Source of the DNA: Gemmatimonadota bacterium
GTDB lineage: Bacteria > Gemmatimonadota > Gemmatimonadetes > Longimicrobiales > Gaopeijiaceae
NCBI GenBank assembly: GCA_039589315.1
Contig: JBDHHQ010000073.1
Coordinates: forward strand, 1 to 36,794
DNA length: 36,794 nt
Direction: 5' to 3'
Positions 27,030-35,939 of this stretch are shown here, one piece after another; positions within the stretch are counted from its first letter, which is position 1, and each line of letters opens with the position of its first letter. Below the pieces are notes generated by a model. It saw only the letters and a list, made by a program, of their open reading frames with translations, was not told where the DNA came from and did not search any database. A program made the translations under genes and the position numbers.

Positions 27030-27905
27030 ATGGATCTCCAGCGCGCCTCGGCCGAGGTCCACATCGACGCGGACCTCGCCCGGGCCCTCCTTCGGGACCA
27101 GTACGCGCCATTGGCCGGCGAGCCCCTCGTCTTGGTCGACGAGGGCTGGGACAACGTGACGTACCGGGCCGGGTCCGCATATGCCGCCCGGATCCCGCGG
27201 CGCCGGGTCGCTGTCGACTTGCTCCTGAACGAGCACAGGTGGCTTCCGTTCATAGCACCGCGGCTATCCGTGGCGGTGCCTCGGCCGGTGTTCCCCGGGG
27301 TTCCGTCCGCACTCTTCCCCTGACCGTGGAGCGTCGTGGAGTGGGTCCCGGGCAAGACCGCTGACCAGAGTCCGCTTCCGCCCGGTCAGGCTCCGCGCCT
27401 GGCCGAATTCCTCCTGGCACTGCACCGACCCGCCCCCGCGGACGCTCCGTCCAATCCGTTCCGCGGCGTGCCGCTGGAGGGGCGGCAGGACGTCGTGGAG
27501 GAACGGCTGGCTCGGTTGGACTTGAACCAGTTGGCGCACATCTGGCGCACGGGGATCGAAGCGGCCCCCGCAGAGGACAGCATCTGGCTGCACGGCGACC
27601 TCCATCCTCGGAACGTCGTCGTGCGGGACGGGACGTTGGCGGGCATCATTGACTGGGGTGACGTGACGGCCGGCGACGTGGCGACGGACCTGGCATGCGC
27701 GTGGATGCTGTTCGACTCGGAAGCCGGTCGACGTGCCTTCCTGCAAGCGTACGAGCCGTCGGAAACATCGCTGATCCGAGCCGCCGCCTGGGCCGTGAAT
27801 TTCGCAGCGGCGCTACTCGACAGCGGGGAGCCGCGGCACGTGCGGATTGGCGCCGCGGTCGTGCGAGGGCTGGTCGAGTTCGGTGGACCTCCAGGGGGTG
27901 CATGA
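27030..27905 (+). pseudogene. Aminoglycoside phosphotransferase-like (APH family) kinase with in-frame nonsense codon
   Basis: EGWDN..YR, RIPRR, WLHGDLHPRN, GIIDWGD, D.ATDLA; both ORF halves share a frame, separated by TGA at 27321-27323 (FP*PWS). Confidence 0.88.
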
Positions 27906-28170
27906 TTCGAGGCTCGATCATACTTGGAGACGACGACTCTGGGGGTCATCGACCGGTAACGTGGACGCATCGACCCCGCAACGGCAAGGGACTGTCGGAG
28001 GCACGCGCCACCGTCCCAGCGTCACAGCTCGCATTCGCCGAGCGGGCGCCTCCGCTTGCAGCCCAGGCCCTGGATGGACATCGTGCTTCAGGGCCGAGGC
28101 CCGAATCCGGCCTGAGCATGCGACAGCAGCGGCTCGAAGGGACGATGAGGAGCGTTTCGGTGCAGCGACC

Positions 28171-28962
28171 ATGATCTGGATTCCGATTGTTCTGGCCTTC
28201 GGTCTCACAGGCGCCTTCCTGCTCCTGAGGTGGGGAACACGCTGGGGTTCAACACCAGCGGACCGCGCTCGGAGGATGCCCGGTGACGAGTGGCTGGAAG
28301 GTGGTCCCACAGCCCGCGTGGCCATGACGCGGGCCGTGTCCATTGGAGCGCCACCGGAGCGCGTGTGGCCTTGGATCGCCCAGCTGGGACGCGGTGCAGG
28401 GTGGTACAGCATCGATGCGCTCGACAACGGACGGCGGGTCTCGGCCTGGCACATCGTCTCGTGGATTCCCGCGCCCCGACTCGGCGACGCGACGGCGATC
28501 GGGTACGTGCGCCACATCGATACCGGCCGGACCCTCGCGTGGTGGACGGGTGGCGGGCACTTCAGCGGGGCCCAGGTGCGCCTGGTCACTTGCTTCCGGC
28601 TGGAAGCCGAGGGCGAGGGTACCCGTCTGATCAGCAGGATGTCGGCCGACGCGGCCGGAGCCACCGCACAACTGGCGCTGCTCATCTTCCGGGTTCTCGA
28701 TTCGATCATGGCGCGCCGTCAACTGCTGGGCATACGGGACCGCGTCGAGTACGCGCAGGCCGAGCGTGCGGCTCCGAAGGACCCGGAGACCGGAGCGCGA
28801 GATCAATACCAGCAATACGAGGTGCTCTACGCGGCCGGAGGGAGCGCCGGGGTCGCAGGCAGGGAGCAAGGTGCTCGGTGGCGGCGGTCGGCCATCGAGG
28901 ACGGCGTCCTCGACGAACCCGAGGTGGGGGGACCTGACTCGGAGGCGGAGGGAGCGGTTTGA
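28171..28962 (+). CDS. SRPBCC-like hypothetical membrane-anchored protein
   Basis: RWGST......MPGDE, TRAVSIGAPPERVWPWIAQLG.GAGWYS.D.LDN, GTRLISR, MARRQLLGIRDRVE. Confidence 0.8.
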   Translation: MIWIPIVLAFGLTGAFLLLRWGTRWGSTPADRARRMPGDEWLEGGPTARVAMTRAVSIGAPPERVWPWIAQLGRGAGWYSIDALDNGRRVSAWHIVSWIPAPRLGDATAIGYVRHIDTGRTLAWWTGGGHFSGAQVRLVTCFRLEAEGEGTRLISRMSADAAGATAQLALLIFRVLDSIMARRQLLGIRDRVEYAQAERAAPKDPETGARDQYQQYEVLYAAGGSAGVAGREQGARWRRSAIEDGVLDEPEVGGPDSEAEGAV

Positions 28963-29191
28963 GCAGGCCGGTTCTCCCCCGCCGAGACCTACTCTGCCCT
29001 CCATCGTCTAGCCTGCTCGAAAGGCACTGATCGAGGCGCTGCTTCCGAGAGGGGCCGAGTCCGACGATGGATCAGGCGGATGAGCTTCTCGCGGCCGAGT
29101 TCCAAGGAGGCGCCAGCCTCGCCGACCGAGTCGGGCGCCCAGGTCGCCTGCGTGGCCTCTTTGCGTCCTTGATCGAGGAAGACGCCCTACC

Positions 29192-30031
29192 ATGACCTTG
29201 AAGATCTGCATCGCGGGTGTGACTGGCTGGACCGGCTCGGCGATCGCCCGGGCGGTTCTCGGCTCTCAGGATTTCGAGCTGGTCGGTGGGATGGCTCGCC
29301 GGGCGAACGGGCAGGACGTCGGCCACGCGCTCGGAGAAGACGCCTGCGGTGTCCCGGTCGTCAGCACGATCGAGGAGGCCCTCGTCCCCGAGACCGACGT
29401 CGTAGTCGACTACACCCATCCCGCGATCGTAAAGGCCAACGTCCGCTTCGCCCTGTCCCGAGGTGTGTCGGTCGTCGTCGGCACCTCCGGACTGACTGGC
29501 GACGACTACGCGGAGATCGAGGGGCTGGCGCACCAGCACGGAGTGGGAGTCATCGCCGCCGGCAACTTCTCGCTCACCGCGGCGCTCGTGAAGCACTTCG
29601 CCGGCATCGCCGCCCGACACATCCCTCACTGGGAGATCATCGACTACTCTCACGGGACGAAGCCCGACGCGCCCAGTGGCACCGTTCAGGAGTTGGCGGA
29701 GTTTCTGGGCAGGGTCGCCGAAAACGAGCTCGGCCATCCACTCGACGAGACCATGGGAGCGAGAGATGCCAGGGGCGCCACGATCGGTGGAGCCCAGGTT
29801 CACGCGCTCCGGTTGCCGAGCTACGTGCTCTCCTTCGAAGCCATCTTCGGACTGCCCCACGAGCGCCTGTCCGTCAGGCACGACGCTGGTTCGGGTGCGG
29901 AGCCATACGTAAACGGGACGCTCCTAGCGGCCCGGAGAGCCGTCACCACGCGCGGTCTGATTCGCGGTCTCGACACGCTGCTGTTTCCAGCGGTCGATCC
30001 GGAAGAGACCGGGTCGGAGCGGATTACATGA
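29192..30031 (+). CDS. dapB: 4-hydroxy-tetrahydrodipicolinate reductase-like protein
   Basis: IAGVTGWTG, VVDYT, VVVGTSG, AGNFS, KPDAPSGT, VHALRL, RHDA. Confidence 0.88.
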   Translation: MTLKICIAGVTGWTGSAIARAVLGSQDFELVGGMARRANGQDVGHALGEDACGVPVVSTIEEALVPETDVVVDYTHPAIVKANVRFALSRGVSVVVGTSGLTGDDYAEIEGLAHQHGVGVIAAGNFSLTAALVKHFAGIAARHIPHWEIIDYSHGTKPDAPSGTVQELAEFLGRVAENELGHPLDETMGARDARGATIGGAQVHALRLPSYVLSFEAIFGLPHERLSVRHDAGSGAEPYVNGTLLAARRAVTTRGLIRGLDTLLFPAVDPEETGSERIT

Positions 30032-30098
30032 GCGTGGAGGGGGCGGTGCGCCTGGCCGGTGGGCTCACTGACGGCGCAAGCCGGAGCGGGGTGGGGGA

Positions 30099-30803
30099 AT
30101 GGTGAGACGGTCGCCCTGGATGCTGGTGCTGAGAGGCCTCATCGGCGCGGTGTTTCAAGTAGCGCTGTTCGCCACTCTCCTGCTCGTTCCGGCCGGGACA
30201 TGGCAGTGGCCACGGGCTATTCAGTTTCTGGTGGTCTACTTCATCGTCTTGTCGGTGTCGATCGTCGCGCTCGGGGTCCTCGCGCCAGCTAGCCTCGAGG
30301 CACGCCTCGGAGCACCGACGGCGAAGAGCCAACCGGTCGCGGATCGTGTGGCTACCGCGCTCATCATTCTCGCGATAGCCGCCTGGTTCGTCTTCATTCC
30401 CATCGACGTCTTCCGCTTGCAGCTGCTGCCACCGATGTCCTTGGGCGTCTCCGTGCTTGGAGCGATCGTCGCCGTGTTCGGATACGGGGTCACGTTCGCC
30501 GTGTTGCTGCAGAACGCGTTCGCGGCGCCCATCGTCAAGGATCAGTCGGACCGGGGCCAGCAGCTGGTTGACACCGGACTCTACGGCTTCATCCGGCACC
30601 CCTTCTATCTGGGCATGCTCCTGATGTTCGCGGGCATCGCGCTGTGGCTGGAGAGCTACGCGGGTGTTCTGGCACTGATCGTGGTGTTCGGAGCTCTGGT
30701 TACGCGGGTGACGGTCGAGGAGCGAACCCTGCGGGAGACCCTGCCCGGGTACTCAGCCTACACCGAACAGGTGCGGTACCGGATCATCCCGTATGTGTGG
30801 TGA
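30099..30803 (+). CDS. Isoprenylcysteine carboxyl methyltransferase family membrane protein
   Basis: QQLVDTGLYGFIRHPFYLG, EERTLRETLPGY..Y...VRYRIIPYVW; multiple TM helices. Confidence 0.92.
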   Translation: MVRRSPWMLVLRGLIGAVFQVALFATLLLVPAGTWQWPRAIQFLVVYFIVLSVSIVALGVLAPASLEARLGAPTAKSQPVADRVATALIILAIAAWFVFIPIDVFRLQLLPPMSLGVSVLGAIVAVFGYGVTFAVLLQNAFAAPIVKDQSDRGQQLVDTGLYGFIRHPFYLGMLLMFAGIALWLESYAGVLALIVVFGALVTRVTVEERTLRETLPGYSAYTEQVRYRIIPYVW

Positions 30804-30873
30804 CCGGGATCACGCGCAGGGGCGGGCTCGGCTGATGGCTTCGAACCGGGGTCAGAGGCGGCTCTAGGATGTC

Positions 30874-31079
30874 ATGGGAAGGGTGCTCGTCCTCGGTCCA
30901 GGCGGCGCTGGCAAGACCACCCTCTCCCGGCAATCGCGGCGGCCACCGGCCTACCGCTGACTCATCTCGACATGCACTACTGGCGTGTGGGGTGGGAACC
31001 GACGCCTGCGGTGGAGTGGGAGAGCGCGATTGCGGCCCTGGCTCGCCGGTTGACCGACCCCAGGCTCGATCCGACCTGA
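30874..31079 (+). pseudogene. P-loop kinase (adenylate kinase / topology modulation protein-like) fragment
   Basis: MGRVLVLGPGGAGKTTLSR, frameshift near 30930, then IAAATGLPLTHLDMHYWRVGWEPTP..EW; truncated; not shown in the ORF track. Confidence 0.8.
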
Positions 31080-31301
31080 GCCTGCCCACAACGACGTCGC
31101 CGAGCACATCCGGCCCGCACTGCAGAGCCTCGCGGGACGAACGGCGTAGGAATGATCGGCGAGGTACGATCCTCGGTCGCTTGCCTGGTCCGGTCGTGCG
31201 ATGCACCCTTCCGCGGAGCGACGGGAGCTGCACGAGCGCGGGTGCGTGTCAGGCCGTCTTCTCGAACGCCAGCTCTCGCAGTCACGCCGATGGGGGTGCA
31301 C

Positions 31302-32333
31302 ATGGTTCGCCGACGACCGGTACCGACGTTCGCGGCCTGCCTTGGGATCTTGGCGCTGGCGCTGTCTTGCGACGCTCTGCCGGAGCCAGAGGGCAGCGCC
31401 GGTCAGGTGGCCCCGCGGGTCGAGCGCCTCCCCGGGAATCCGATGATCCGCCCCGAGATGCTGCCGGGTGATGCCGGCGAGAACATCAACGGCCCCTCTT
31501 TGATTCGCGTCCCGTCATGGGTCGACGGCGCGCTGGGCCGGTACTACCTCTACTTCGCGCACCACGCCGGGACCTACATACGGCTCGCCTACGCAGACGA
31601 CCTGGCGGGGCCCTGGGAGATCTACCAGCTCGGCACGCTCCGCATCGAGGACACAGTCTGCAACGACGTGAGCGAGCCGTCCTGGGCGGGCTACCGTCAT
31701 GTGGCCTCACCCGACGTGCACGTGGATGCGGCCTCGCGCACCATACGAATGTACTTTCATTGCCCCGCCTACATATCCGGACCGCGGGACCGCAGAGAAA
31801 GCTACCGACAGGTCACGCTGGTTGCCACGTCGACGGACGGTCTGAGCTTCGAGGCAGGGACCGAGCCTCTCGGCAACTCCTACTTTCGGGTCTTCGAGTG
31901 GGACGGATTACGCTACGCACTGGGCATGCCCGGAGTCTTCTACCGATCACGGGATGGCCTGGGCGGGTTCGAGGAGGGGCCCACATTGTTCACGGCGGAC
32001 ATGCGCCATTCCGCCGTCAAGGTCGAGGACGGCAAGCTCCGCGTTTTGCACACCGTGGTAGGCGAGAGCCCAGAGCGCATTCTCCTCTCCGAGATAGAGC
32101 TGGGCCGAGACTGGATGACCTGGTCGGCCACAGATCCCCTGGTGGTACTCGAGCCCGAGTTGGATTGGGAAGGCGCCGACCTGGCACGAGTGCCCTCGGT
32201 TCGTGGAGCGGCGATGGAGCCCGTCCGACAGTTGCGGGATCCGGCCCTGTTCGAGGACGAAGGACGTAGCTACCTGCTCTACAGCGTGGCGGGAGAATCG
32301 GGAATTGCCATCGCGGAGGTTCATTGGCGGTGA
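31302..32333 (+). CDS. Putative glycoside hydrolase-like beta-propeller lipoprotein
   Basis: ENINGPSLIRVP, RYYLYFAHH.G.YIRLAYADDL.GPW, HVASPDV, QLRDPALF..YLLYSVAGE; ALSC lipobox. Confidence 0.75.
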   Translation: MVRRRPVPTFAACLGILALALSCDALPEPEGSAGQVAPRVERLPGNPMIRPEMLPGDAGENINGPSLIRVPSWVDGALGRYYLYFAHHAGTYIRLAYADDLAGPWEIYQLGTLRIEDTVCNDVSEPSWAGYRHVASPDVHVDAASRTIRMYFHCPAYISGPRDRRESYRQVTLVATSTDGLSFEAGTEPLGNSYFRVFEWDGLRYALGMPGVFYRSRDGLGGFEEGPTLFTADMRHSAVKVEDGKLRVLHTVVGESPERILLSEIELGRDWMTWSATDPLVVLEPELDWEGADLARVPSVRGAAMEPVRQLRDPALFEDEGRSYLLYSVAGESGIAIAEVHWR

Positions 32334-32505
32334 GCATGCCGCCGGCGCTCGATCCGACCGGGTCCCAGGGCGATGTCATCTAGCCAGGTGCCGAAACGAC
32401 CTGACGAGGCCGGTGAGCTCGCCCGCGTCAAGCGTGAGTGCGATCGCCATCTGGGGAGCGTCTCAATCCCCGTGCTTGCCCCCATTGCGACGAGACGCTC
32501 CGGGA

Positions 32506-33228
32506 GTGAGTGACCTCGGCCACATCGAAGCGATCACGTTCGACTTCTACAACACACTCGTTTTTCACCGAGACGGGCGGGGGCGCGGACGACTCCTCGT
32601 CGAGTATCTGGTGACTCACGGGTTTCGGCCGGCACCGTGGGAACACGCCGTCTTGTACGACGTCTTCGAGACGCACGACGCACACTATTCCCCGGAGGCA
32701 TCCCAGGAGGCGCGGGATGAGTATTACGCCCGCCTCGCTCAGCGAGTGTTCCGACGCCTCGAGCTTGGAGCGTCCGAGCGGGACGCGCCCCGGCACGCCA
32801 CGGCGCTGTGGGAGATCCTGGGACCCGCCTGCCTGGGCGTCTTCCCCGAGGTAGCGGGCACGCTCCAGGACCTGCGGGGCGCGGGATACCCGTTGGCCCT
32901 GATCTCGAACTGGCAATGCGGCCTCCGCCACTTCTGCACGGAGCTCGGCCTGTCGGAACACTTCGACCACATCCTGGGCTCAGCGGACCTCGGTGTAGCG
33001 AAGCCGGACGTGCGCATCTTTGCCCATGCTTGCGAGCGATTGGGTGTGGCCGCCGACCGCGTCCTTCACGTCGGCGACACACTGGAGGACGACTACCTCG
33101 GTGGGAGGAGCGCAGGGCTTTCCGTCGCTCTCCTCGCAAGGGACGAGGGATCGGAACCTGCCGTGGCAAGGGTGATCAGCAGCCTCGCCGAGGTGCGCAC
33201 GATGCTCCCCGGTCAAACGGGGCAGTAG
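32506..33228 (+). CDS. HAD family hydrolase
   Basis: ITFDFYNTL, LISNW, KPD.RIF, HVGDTLEDDY.G; start approximate. Confidence 0.9.
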   Translation: MSDLGHIEAITFDFYNTLVFHRDGRGRGRLLVEYLVTHGFRPAPWEHAVLYDVFETHDAHYSPEASQEARDEYYARLAQRVFRRLELGASERDAPRHATALWEILGPACLGVFPEVAGTLQDLRGAGYPLALISNWQCGLRHFCTELGLSEHFDHILGSADLGVAKPDVRIFAHACERLGVAADRVLHVGDTLEDDYLGGRSAGLSVALLARDEGSEPAVARVISSLAEVRTMLPGQTGQ

Positions 33229-33341
33229 CTCTACCCGCGGTATGCGGGACCGGATGCCGTTCTCGCTTGCAGCTGAGCATCGCGAAGCCGCAGCTTGCAC
33301 GGAGCCGGTTGGATGTCATCGCCAGAAGGTGGGAGAAGGCC

Positions 33342-34160
33342 ATGGGTGCGAGGGGCTGGAGCGCGGTAGCGGGAGCTCTGTTGATACATGTGAGCGCCAG
33401 CATGGGACTCGCACAGGCTCCGAAACGCGGGATCGAGCTGGTCGATCTGACGTGGGTCGAAGCGGAAGAGGTGCTCGGACCCGAGACCATCGTCGTGATA
33501 CCCCTCGGCGCCGCGTCCAAAGAGCACGGTCCCCATCTGCGTCTGGACAACGACCTGCAGATGGCTGACTACCTGAAGGAGCGCGTGCTGGAGGCCGCGG
33601 ACGTGGTCGTCGCACCCACGATCTCCTACCACTTCTATCCCTCATTCCTCGAATACCCGGGCTCGACGCATCTCCGCTTCGAGACAGCGCGAGACGTGGT
33701 GGTGGACATCGTCGAGAGCCTGGCTGGGTACGGACCTCGGCGGTTCTATGTCCTGAATACGGGCGTCTCGACGCTACGCCCTCTCGAAGCCTCGGCGCAG
33801 GCGCTCGAGGGCGAGGGCATCGTCCTGCGCTTCACGAATATCCTGGAGGTGGCCGGGGCGGCCGAGGATCAGGTGCGCGAGCAGGTGCGGGGGACTCACG
33901 CAGACGAGATCGAGACGTCGATGATGCTCTACATCGCGCCCGAGCGGGTCGACATGGCCCTCGCCGTGCGCGAGGACAACCCGAGAGGTCGTGGCGGCCT
34001 CACGCGCCGAGCGGAGGGGGAGGGGACCTACTCCGAATCGGGTGTATGGGGCGATGCGACGCTGGCCACGTTGGAGAAAGGCCGCATCGTCGTGGAGGCC
34101 ACCGTCGCGGGCATCCTTCGTGATATCGAGGGTCTGGCAGCGGCCGAACTGCCCCGCTAG
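33342..34160 (+). CDS. Creatininase family amidohydrolase with signal peptide
   Basis: LTWVE, VIPLGA..KEHGPHL...D, YPGS, HADEIETSMML, SESGVWGDATLAT.EKG. Confidence 0.88.
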   Translation: MGARGWSAVAGALLIHVSASMGLAQAPKRGIELVDLTWVEAEEVLGPETIVVIPLGAASKEHGPHLRLDNDLQMADYLKERVLEAADVVVAPTISYHFYPSFLEYPGSTHLRFETARDVVVDIVESLAGYGPRRFYVLNTGVSTLRPLEASAQALEGEGIVLRFTNILEVAGAAEDQVREQVRGTHADEIETSMMLYIAPERVDMALAVREDNPRGRGGLTRRAEGEGTYSESGVWGDATLATLEKGRIVVEATVAGILRDIEGLAAAELPR

Positions 34161-34177
34161 TAACGGGGCTACCAACG

Positions 34178-34484
34178 ATGACACAGATCGTGATTCTCGG
34201 CCGCGGAGACGAAGCGACGCTTGACGCGGTGGCTCCGGACGTGTTCGACCTTCCGGTTCAGGCGGAGCGCGCCGTCGAGTTTCTGGCGGATGACCGTCAC
34301 CACATTGCGGACCAACCGTCCTGCGATGCGACTATACCACTCTATCGGCGGGCTCGAGCCGTCCTCCGAGACGGTGATGTTCTCGTTTCGGCTTGGAGAG
34401 CGCGACGGTGCGACGGGAGTCGGCAATGGCCGTGACGGATGGCTGCGGTCCGCGCTGACATCAGGCAGGGGAGGGGAGCGATGA
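34178..34484 (+). pseudogene. GNAT acetyltransferase, internally deleted
   Basis: N-terminus L.AVAPDVFDLPV......FLAD.RHHI joined out of frame (~34310) to C-terminus NRPAMRLYHSIGG....VMFSF; central acetyl-CoA motif missing. Confidence 0.75.
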
Positions 34485-35053
34485 AGAAGACCGCGTTCAC
34501 CATTTGGGTCGGAATGGGGATCGCTGTGGCCTGTGCCCCGGATGACCCCGCCGGCCAGCAGGAGCTTCAGCCAGGGGAAGCCCAGACCGCGGATGCGGAG
34601 TTTGGCCGGCTGAACCCACTCGCCCCACCCGAGACCGAACACTGGGGGCGACTTGCGGGGGTTTGGAGCTGCACCATCCCCACCACGACCCCGGATGGAG
34701 CGCCAGGGCAGAGCCGCGCAACGTGGACATGGCGGTACATCCTCGACGGCCACGCGGTTCAGGACGTGTATGTCGGCCACCGGGGCCAGGGGCAACCCGA
34801 CTTCTACGGAACCGGTGTGCGCATCTACCACCCCGGAACCGAGACCTGGGAAATCAGCTGGATCGCCAACTCGCCTTCGACGGGGATTGCGCCCAGGATC
34901 ACCCGCTTCACGGCCACGTCCGAGGGCGGAGACATCGTGATGAGGCGCGCCGAGGGCGATCCGGAGTGGCGGGTCGTGTTCCACGACATCGGTGACGACA
35001 CGTTTGCCTGGAGAAGCGAACCCTCGGGGCAGACGATGACGTGTGCTCGATAG
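34481..35053 (+). CDS. Hypothetical lipoprotein (beta-barrel, DUF1579-like)
   Basis: AVAC lipobox; LAGVWSC, WTWRYILDGHAVQD, GTGVRIYHP...W.ISW; GGAGGGGAG RBS. Confidence 0.75.
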   Translation: MKKTAFTIWVGMGIAVACAPDDPAGQQELQPGEAQTADAEFGRLNPLAPPETEHWGRLAGVWSCTIPTTTPDGAPGQSRATWTWRYILDGHAVQDVYVGHRGQGQPDFYGTGVRIYHPGTETWEISWIANSPSTGIAPRITRFTATSEGGDIVMRRAEGDPEWRVVFHDIGDDTFAWRSEPSGQTMTCAR

Positions 35054-35141
35054 CGCCCTCACCCTCGTACTGACCAGCCGTGGCCGCGTCCCCGGTCAGC
35101 GGCTCCGAGTGGCGCATTCGCCTCCGGGCCAACAGGTTGAC

Positions 35142-35177
35142 GGGAGACCGCTCGTCGGCGGGTCGGAGCCCGATGAG
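35142..35177 (+). mobile_element. Highly eroded attC interior relic
   Basis: GGGAG-N4-CTCGTCG...TCGGAGC(CC)GATGAG, same order and first spacing as in the copies at ~2860-2898 and ~16396-16434. Confidence 0.45.
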
Positions 35178-35295
35178 GGGCGGTTTCCATTGTCATCGTA
35201 GCGTCACTCTCCTCTGCCGGGCCGTGGCCCTGAGCGACGGGTGTGTTCCGATGACCTTCAGCCGCGGCCACGGCCAGACGTTCGTGGAGCTTGCC

Positions 35296-35847
35296 ATGAG
35301 GCGTGCGGATCATCCTCTGCCCGAGTGGGTCGACCGAACGGACGTGCCCGCCGGGCCCATTGCGGATCGGCATGCCCCGGACCGGAGATGCGTCCTTCAG
35401 CGCCGAGTCGCCCTGGCGCACGCGATCCTGGTCGCCTTCTCGGCGAGTGCCGCAGCGCAGCAACCTTCCGCGAACGAGACGGGATTCAACGTTGTCGGTC
35501 GCACATTCGTCGCCATCCAGGTACGGGACGAGGCGGCCGCGGCGGAGTGGTACACCGGGGTCTTCGGCCTCGAGGAGGTGAACCGCCTGGAGTCTGCGGA
35601 CGGCCGGTACTCGATCCGCATCCTGTCCGGCGGCGGACTCTCGCTGGAGCTCATTCGTCACGAGGGCGCAGGCCCCCGAAGGCCCGAAGCACCGCTGGGT
35701 CTCTTCAGGCTGCGTGGCCGCGGGGTGGACACCGACCGGACCGTGCTTACCGATCGAGCCCTACAGGCACGCACGTTCACGTTCCGAGACGTCGAGGGGA
35801 ATCGGTGGCAGGCGTTCGAGGCATGTGGTGGCGACTGTGGCTCGTAA
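35296..35847 (+). CDS. VOC family protein with signal peptide, possibly carrying a short in-frame deletion
   Basis: FVAIQVRD..AAAEWYTGVFGL, LELIRH, TFTFRDVEGNRWQ; start uncertain; the second beta-strand segment looks missing near 35706. Confidence 0.7.
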   Translation: MRRADHPLPEWVDRTDVPAGPIADRHAPDRRCVLQRRVALAHAILVAFSASAAAQQPSANETGFNVVGRTFVAIQVRDEAAAAEWYTGVFGLEEVNRLESADGRYSIRILSGGGLSLELIRHEGAGPRRPEAPLGLFRLRGRGVDTDRTVLTDRALQARTFTFRDVEGNRWQAFEACGGDCGS

Positions 35848-35939
35848 TGCGTCGACGAGGGCGGGGAGTGGCGTCTCCTGGCTCGGTCGCTCACGCCCTG
35901 CTTCGAGATGGTAATCTCTCGCGGGCCATGCTGACCCTG

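Noticed and set aside
27321..27323. TGA recoding (Trp or selenocysteine) in the APH gene
   Set aside because: Many neighbouring genes end in TGA at their expected C-termini, so the standard code applies; the position corresponds to Trp, not Cys
34151..34169. Hairpin GCCCCG-N7-CGGGGC as an intrinsic terminator
   Set aside because: Overlaps the stop codon and has no U-tract on either strand
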